Shown: positions 23,817-29,330 of the stretch, piece after piece | Position numbering within the stretch: the first letter of the stretch is position 1 | Layout of the letters: each line of letters begins with the position of its first letter | Virus record (IMG/VR): IMGVR_UViG_3300031450_000012 | Coordinates: 1-29,330 of that record | Direction: 5' to 3' (one strand) | Origin: a virus | Lineage: Duplodnaviria; Caudoviricetes | Length of the DNA stretch: 29,330 nucleotides | Made by a program: the position numbers and the translations under genes | Notes under the pieces: model-generated | What the model saw: only the letters and a program-made list of their open reading frames with translations | The model's database searches: none | Told to the model about the DNA's origin: nothing

Positions 23817-24035
23817 ATGCAGCGAGTCATTAATAACGATTTGCAGCCTGTGGTGCTGGATGATGGAACGATCATTCCGGCAGCAGGCACAGGCGCTCAG
23901 ACACACGATGTCGAGCTTAGTGAGCGAGATCATGCGCGCCATGTCGAGCGCGGGCGCTTAACGATTCTTGAAGCCCGTGATGCAGTGGCAACTCAATCAG
24001 AGTCATTGCTGGATATAGAAAAGGAGCGTGAGTAG
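23817..24035 (+). CDS. small pre-sheath protein (Mu gp38-like position)
   Basis: AAGGAG RBS; synteny. Confidence 0.5.
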   Translation: MQRVINNDLQPVVLDDGTIIPAAGTGAQTHDVELSERDHARHVERGRLTILEARDAVATQSESLLDIEKERE

Positions 24036-24037
24036 TT

Positions 24038-25576
24038 ATGAATGTTCTTATTGGAAGTGCCGCGCCGGGCGTGACCGCACGACTCAACGCGGGGCAGATC
24101 GCGCGTCCCGCGCAGGAAGAAACTGCCGCGAGAGCCTTTGCTGTCGGCTTTAGCGGGTGGGGGCCGGTTAATACTCCTACGGTCGTCAACAGTTGGCGCG
24201 AATTTACGCAGCGCTTCGGAAGCTTCAATCTGAATAGCTTCCTCACGGACTTCTGCTACATCTTCTTTAATCTGTTTCCCGGCAACGAAGCTGTCATCTG
24301 TCGCGTGGTCGGCGCAAGCGCGGCGGTGGCGACGGCGACGATTCAAGACAGAGGCACTGGCGCAGGGCAGCATCCGACGCTTCGCATCGATGCGAAATAT
24401 CCGTCGAGCACAATTGACGTGCGCTATACGATTGAAGCGGGCACGCTTGCGAACACGTTCAAGCTGACCGTGCGCAGCCTCGCGCTCAATACAGGGCGCG
24501 AAGTCTATGACAATCTAATAGTTGATGCGGCTTCAATTCTGAGCGTCAATCAAGCTTCAAAGCTTGTTCAACTAACCAATCTCGCATCGGCCAATGCTGC
24601 GCCGACAAACTTGCCGACGCTTGCTGTGGAAGCGATTCTCGCCGGAGGCAGCGATGATTTTGCAAGCCTCACGGACGCCTCCTTTATTGGCACAGACACT
24701 GGTACAGCGCGCAGCGGCTTGCAGGCATTCAACAGCGAGGAATGGGGCACAGGGCAGGTAGCGATTCCGGGCATTACAACCGAATCTGCACACGCGGCGC
24801 TGATCGCTCACGCTGAAACATTCAAGCGCCTCGCAATCCTCGATGAGGCGGCGGGCAGCGACAAAGCCGCTGTAGTTACGACGCGAAATCTTTACGGCAC
24901 GAATCACGGAGCCATCTATTGGCCGCGCGTTGATTTGTTGGACTTCTCCGGGTCAGGCTTGCGCAAGTTGTATCCGCCAAGCGGGTTCGTCGCAGGTGCG
25001 TGCGCAAAGGCTGATCTGGAAGTCGGCACGCATCAAGCTCCTGCGAATAAGTATGGAGCGATCCCAAGCGCGCTCGATGTCGAACGCTATGCGAGCGGCA
25101 TGGCGCAGACGGACGACGGCACGCGCGCATATCTCAACCAGCATCAGGTCAACGTCATTACTCCGTTGCCGGAGCAGGGCGTCAAGATTTACGGCGCGCG
25201 TGTAATGACGGGCGACAATCGCGTGCAGATGGTTCACGAGATTCGCACTCTTAATCTTATCTACTATCAACTGAAGCGCACTTATCAATCAATTCCATTC
25301 TCTGTGATCGACGGCACGGGCAAGCTTTTCCGCGAAGTTCGCTCTTTGAGCGAAAGCTACTTGCGAACGCTGTGGCGCGCTGGCGCGCTCTTTGGGGCGA
25401 AGCAAGAGGAAGCCTTCATCGTGGTCTGCGACACCACAAACAACACGCCGGACACGCTCAACGCGCAAAAGTTGTATGTGCAAGTCGGCGTCAAACTCAG
25501 CCCAACCGCTGAAATGGTGATCGTGGATATTGACAGCGTTCCGCTCAATCAAGACCTGAGCGTCTTGCAGAGCTAA
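24038..25576 (+). CDS. contractile tail sheath protein
   Basis: AFAVGFSGWGPVNTPTVVNSWREFTQRFG, YWPRV, PPSGFVAG, HQAPAN, GVKIYGAR, LWRAGALFG, PTAEMVIV. Confidence 0.92.
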   Translation: MNVLIGSAAPGVTARLNAGQIARPAQEETAARAFAVGFSGWGPVNTPTVVNSWREFTQRFGSFNLNSFLTDFCYIFFNLFPGNEAVICRVVGASAAVATATIQDRGTGAGQHPTLRIDAKYPSSTIDVRYTIEAGTLANTFKLTVRSLALNTGREVYDNLIVDAASILSVNQASKLVQLTNLASANAAPTNLPTLAVEAILAGGSDDFASLTDASFIGTDTGTARSGLQAFNSEEWGTGQVAIPGITTESAHAALIAHAETFKRLAILDEAAGSDKAAVVTTRNLYGTNHGAIYWPRVDLLDFSGSGLRKLYPPSGFVAGACAKADLEVGTHQAPANKYGAIPSALDVERYASGMAQTDDGTRAYLNQHQVNVITPLPEQGVKIYGARVMTGDNRVQMVHEIRTLNLIYYQLKRTYQSIPFSVIDGTGKLFREVRSLSESYLRTLWRAGALFGAKQEEAFIVVCDTTNNTPDTLNAQKLYVQVGVKLSPTAEMVIVDIDSVPLNQDLSVLQS

Positions 25577-25591
25577 AGAAAGAGGAGACTC

Positions 25592-26017
25592 ATGGCGGTT
25601 ACAAAGAATAGATTCATGCTTGAGATTGACGGCGTTGCGACTCTGGTAGCTACTGATGCAACGCCGCCGGGATTCAAGCACACGCCGGGCAAATACCAGC
25701 CGGGCAATCAGCCGAATCCGATCCATGTGAGAGGCAACTATGAGATCGAAGAGTTTACTTTCAAGCACGCGCGAGCCGTTGGCGTGCAAGGCCGTGAACT
25801 TGTCCGCTGGCTGATGGATTTCGCGCGCGGCATCATTGTTGTGAAGCGGACGATGCGCTTTATCACGTTGGACGAAACAGGACGTAGACCCGTCGAAGTA
25901 TGGGAATGCCGCGACTGCACGCCAACGATGTATAAACCGGATGAAGCCAGCGGCCCAAGCAACGACATTGGAGTGTTTAGTTTCAGCGCCCAGCCTGATG
26001 ATGCGGAGCTACTCTAA
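25592..26017 (+). CDS. tail tube protein (T4 gp19-like)
   Basis: NRFMLEIDG start; 141 aa; follows the sheath gene. Confidence 0.8.
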   Translation: MAVTKNRFMLEIDGVATLVATDATPPGFKHTPGKYQPGNQPNPIHVRGNYEIEEFTFKHARAVGVQGRELVRWLMDFARGIIVVKRTMRFITLDETGRRPVEVWECRDCTPTMYKPDEASGPSNDIGVFSFSAQPDDAELL

Positions 26018-26019
26018 CG

Positions 26020-26724
26020 ATGAACGACATTACTCCAAAGACAATTGAACTGAGCATCGGCCATGAAGACAAAAGCGGTGTTGTTCACCGTGAAGTCGTG
26101 TTCGGAAAGCGCATCATGGGGCGCGACCTTTTCGATCTCGATGACGATCCGCGAGCGCAGGGGCGAACGCAGCGTTCCGACATGATCGTGCGCAAAGCTA
26201 TTACACGATTCGGCACGCTGCCATTGCCTGTCGAATTGGATGTGCTGATGAGCCTTGACCGCCTTGATCGCAGAGATTTGACGCGCGGTTACAACGAATT
26301 TGCTATTGAAAGCGCCGGAGACCGCGCGCCGGAATTTCTTTCGGATAGCAAAGTAAAACTCGCCTTCGGCTTCGTGCGCGACGGCGTCGTTTATGACTTG
26401 GTCACTTTCGGGAAGCGCTTAACGGGCTATGACGAACTTGAATCGGATACGCTCGGCCTGTCGGGTTTGAGTCAGGCATGTTTTCTGATCGGAAAAGAAA
26501 TCGTGCAACTTTCGCAGAGCGAAGGCACGCAGAAAATTGACGGGTCAGTGGAGTTGTCAGCGTTTGACACGCTCGATGGAGCAGATGTTTTTACGCTGAA
26601 CACTGCGTCGGAGAAATGGCTAGACTCCTTTCGTCCGAAAAGAAGCTCGCTACAAGGAAAAGAAAGCAATGACGGTGCTGCTGCTGGCAATGAAGACGGG
26701 ATGGAGCGAGCAGCAAATCCTTGA
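26020..26724 (+). CDS. tail assembly chaperone (resident copy)
   Basis: Between tube and tape measure genes; two internal homologous halves. Confidence 0.8.
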   Translation: MNDITPKTIELSIGHEDKSGVVHREVVFGKRIMGRDLFDLDDDPRAQGRTQRSDMIVRKAITRFGTLPLPVELDVLMSLDRLDRRDLTRGYNEFAIESAGDRAPEFLSDSKVKLAFGFVRDGVVYDLVTFGKRLTGYDELESDTLGLSGLSQACFLIGKEIVQLSQSEGTQKIDGSVELSAFDTLDGADVFTLNTASEKWLDSFRPKRSSLQGKESNDGAAAGNEDGMERAANP

Positions 26725-26788
26725 TTTGCCCGCCGAGCGTTTAGAAACCTACGTTGATCTCCTAAATCAACTTTATTCCAAAAAATAA
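26630..26788 (+). CDS. frameshifted chaperone extension (GT / gpE'-like)
   Basis: +1 frame from TCC TTT CGT: FVRKEARYKEKKAMTVLLLAMKTGWSEQQILDLPAERLETYVDLLNQLYSKK*. Confidence 0.7.
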   Translation, partial: FVRKEARYKEKKAMTVLLLAMKTGWSEQQILDLPAERLETYVDLLNQLYSKK

Positions 26789-26791
26789 GTT

Positions 26792-29330
26792 ATGCCGGGT
26801 GAAGTGTTCGAGCTTGCCATTCTGTTATCGCTCAAGGATGCCGCGAGCGGCAAGCTCGACCATGTTCGGGAGGAACTCCGCGCGACCGGCAAGGATGGCC
26901 GCGCGATGCTCCAGACCTTCGAGCAGATGCGCGGCAATCTAAAGCGTGATCTGGCAATTGGCGGTCTTGCTGTTGGGTCACTGGCAATGCTGAAGGGAGG
27001 AATTAAGACCGCAGGAGACTTCGAGAGCGCTATGACGGAATTGCGTTTGTCCATTGAAGAGGTCGGCAAGGACGGCGCGATCAATATGTCACAGCTTAAC
27101 GGTCAAATGGATCGTTTCGAGCAATTAGGTCAAAGGCTGGGCAATAAACTGCCGGGAACCACGAAAGATTTTGTGGATATGTTTATCGCCTTAAAGCAAG
27201 GGGGACTGCAAACCGAAACTATCTTAAAAGGCGCAGGCGAATCTGTTGCCTACCTAGCGGTTCTCTCCCACAGCGTTCCGGCAGAATTAGCCAAAGAGTA
27301 CGCGCAGATTGGCGAGCAGTTTCAATTGAAGCCCGAAGAGTACGCTCCGTCTGCCGATCTGTTTCTCAAGAACTATCGCGCCGTAGGCTTACGCCCAGAG
27401 CAGATGATCGAAGGCAGCAAGTTCGCTCAATTACGCGGTGGATTGCCACTCGGCTTAAAGGGTCTTACCGGGCTGGGAACTATGTCAACGCTGTTGGCGA
27501 CACTGAAGACAATGGGTCTGGAGGGTGGCATTGGTGGCCGCGAAATAGCCGGTATGCTGATGGGTTTATCAGCCAATACCAAAGGGCAGAAGAAGGCCGA
27601 TCAGGAGTTGCATCGTAAAGGTATTGATCTTCAATTCTTTGATAAAAAGGGTGGATTTTTAGGCGATGAAAATCTAATCCAACAATTGGCAAAATTGAAA
27701 GTGCTTAGTGCGCAGGAACGGCTTGATGTGGTGAAGCGTCGATTTGGTAGCCAGGAAGCATTAGGCCCTGTCACTGCATTCGCGGAACAAGGAACTGAAG
27801 GCTATGGGAAACTCAAAGGGCGCATGGCGGCTGTTGTGCCGCAGCAGCAACAATTGACCGAGCTTTTATCTACCTACAATGCGAAATGGGAATCGCTTAC
27901 GGGAACAGTAGAGGGTTTTGTTGCAATCTCTTTTACTCCAATGCTGAAGCGCGTAGAGCCGTTGCTAGATTTTGGAAATAAAGGCGTTGGATGGCTATCT
28001 GATTTTGCTAAAAATCACCAGCAGGTTGCCGGATTTACAACTGACCTCATGGTGCTTACTGGAGTGACCTATGGCCTCACGAAGGGGGTCAAAGCACTGA
28101 ATACTATTGTCGGGTTATGGAAGATCGCTTCTAAGGTTAGTTCCGGCGAACAAACCTTACTCAATTTTTTGAAGAACACGAGCACGAGCGCGACGGCAAC
28201 CGGAACGGAATTGGCCGTTGCGGGAACGAAGGCCGGTAGATTGAAAGGTGCGTTGTCGTCGTTGACTTCTTCTCCGTTCAAGGTGGTTCTCACCCTCGCT
28301 GTTGTAGGCTTCACCATCGAGCAAATCATGGCTTTGGTCGAGGCGAAAAAGGATTTAGATAAAGCTAATACAGGATTGGATAAGACAGCGGGACTGGATT
28401 TCAAAGCCACGCAACATGCACGCGAATCTTTTACCAAGCGTGGACAGCCCGTGCCATCTGAGATTTACCATAGCTCTGCTCAGGCTGCATTAGGGACATT
28501 GAATAGGGATCGGGAGCTTGAGTATGCCTTCGATCCGTCGCGTGAGTCATGGTTCCACAAGTTCGCGTTTATGGGGCAGAATCCATTTGGGCAAACTGCG
28601 AGAGTCAAAACAAAAGAAGACATCGCTGCTTACGAGCGAGACCCGCGCGGCTATAAGGAACGGTACGCTGCGGAAGAAATCAAGCGCCGTGCGCCGCAAC
28701 TTGCGATCCCGGAAGTGATGCAAGATGTGAGGAAGATGATCGATAGCTGGAAGCTGCCAGCCGATTCGCGTTCGAGCCTCGATAGAGTGCTGCAACTGGC
28801 ACAGCCTGACGCCTTCAAGCAGCCGACACAGCCGATTGCGCAAGAGCTTCAACAACTAAATGGGCAAGTCACGCCCGTTACTCAAAGCTTTAATCAGCTT
28901 CAAATGCCGCTCGGCCAACTTCCTCCATCGTTTGCTAATGCAGGAGGTGCAGCGCGGAGCTTCGCGGAACAAGCCAACTCTGCCGCAGACCGCATCTCTA
29001 GTATTAAAATCGAGATTCCGTCGGCGACGGTTGCGCCGGTCGCGGGCAATCAGCCTCAAGCGCAGCCGTCCGCGAATACGCAGAGCAGCATTATACCGTC
29101 GCGCTTTAGTCCTAGTCGTCCGGGTGAACCGCGCAACGAATTAGCAGAATTGAATACAAAGCTATTCAGGATGCGGGCAGAGGCACCAGAGTTCTATCCG
29201 CAAATTCATGTTGAGAGTGCGAACACGGAGCGCGCTAAGTTTAATCAACCTGCGCCCATTACCATCAGTAGCTTTCGAGGCGACTCTCGCAACGGATTAA
29301 CGGAACTAAGTGCAAAGTTGTTAGCGAGAC
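26792..29330 (+). CDS. tape measure protein (resident, TP901-like core), truncated by the window end
   Basis: MPGEVFELAILLSLKDAASG...AGDFESAMTEL...LGNKLPGTTKDF. Same frame is open at the window end; absent from the ORF track, consistent with no stop in the window. Confidence 0.85.
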   Translation, partial: MPGEVFELAILLSLKDAASGKLDHVREELRATGKDGRAMLQTFEQMRGNLKRDLAIGGLAVGSLAMLKGGIKTAGDFESAMTELRLSIEEVGKDGAINMSQLNGQMDRFEQLGQRLGNKLPGTTKDFVDMFIALKQGGLQTETILKGAGESVAYLAVLSHSVPAELAKEYAQIGEQFQLKPEEYAPSADLFLKNYRAVGLRPEQMIEGSKFAQLRGGLPLGLKGLTGLGTMSTLLATLKTMGLEGGIGGREIAGMLMGLSANTKGQKKADQELHRKGIDLQFFDKKGGFLGDENLIQQLAKLKVLSAQERLDVVKRRFGSQEALGPVTAFAEQGTEGYGKLKGRMAAVVPQQQQLTELLSTYNAKWESLTGTVEGFVAISFTPMLKRVEPLLDFGNKGVGWLSDFAKNHQQVAGFTTDLMVLTGVTYGLTKGVKALNTIVGLWKIASKVSSGEQTLLNFLKNTSTSATATGTELAVAGTKAGRLKGALSSLTSSPFKVVLTLAVVGFTIEQIMALVEAKKDLDKANTGLDKTAGLDFKATQHARESFTKRGQPVPSEIYHSSAQAALGTLNRDRELEYAFDPSRESWFHKFAFMGQNPFGQTARVKTKEDIAAYERDPRGYKERYAAEEIKRRAPQLAIPEVMQDVRKMIDSWKLPADSRSSLDRVLQLAQPDAFKQPTQPIAQELQQLNGQVTPVTQSFNQLQMPLGQLPPSFANAGGAARSFAEQANSAADRISSIKIEIPSATVAPVAGNQPQAQPSANTQSSIIPSRFSPSRPGEPRNELAELNTKLFRMRAEAPEFYPQIHVESANTERAKFNQPAPITISSFRGDSRNGLTELSAKLLAR

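Noticed and set aside
24038-26017. Stand-alone tailocin/eCIS interpretation of the tail genes
   Set aside because: Terminase, portal, protease and capsid genes are present and intact, so this is a phage.
28518-29144. Short + strand ORFs 28518..28718 and 28860..29144 and antisense ORFs in this region
   Set aside because: They are shadows of the long tape measure frame starting at 26792.

Overview
Late (lysis, packaging, head, tail) region of a Mu-like contractile-tailed prophage, almost all on the + strand. Gene order: GH19 endolysin, holin-like genes, Mu gp25/26/27-like genes, large terminase, DUF935 portal, MuF, Com-like Zn finger, gpI-like protease/scaffold, capsid, neck, sheath, tube, tail chaperone, and a tape measure gene running off the right edge. 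Four layers are not explained by this annotation. (1) An ~8.6 kb integrase-less block (9262-17851) splits the MuF gene at its NCRC motif. It supplies a recoded replacement 3' end and carries its own regulator plus a second tail chaperone, tape measure and baseplate hub, leaving a JAB-like MuF C-terminal domain and its partner orphaned downstream. (2) A covarying structured RNA leader (small hairpin, GAGGYUC-N4-5-GAAGYCC, terminator) occurs four times ahead of late units, including the inserted tail module and directly after the Com-like gene. (3) There are recoding signals: a -1 A10 run joining portal to MuF, and +1 TTT-CGT sites in both tail chaperones. (4) A mini attC-like cassette array at the left edge carries, in its third cassette, a tRNA-like RNA with a 61-nt extended anticodon arm. 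All family assignments are by eye from motifs and synteny; no searches were run.
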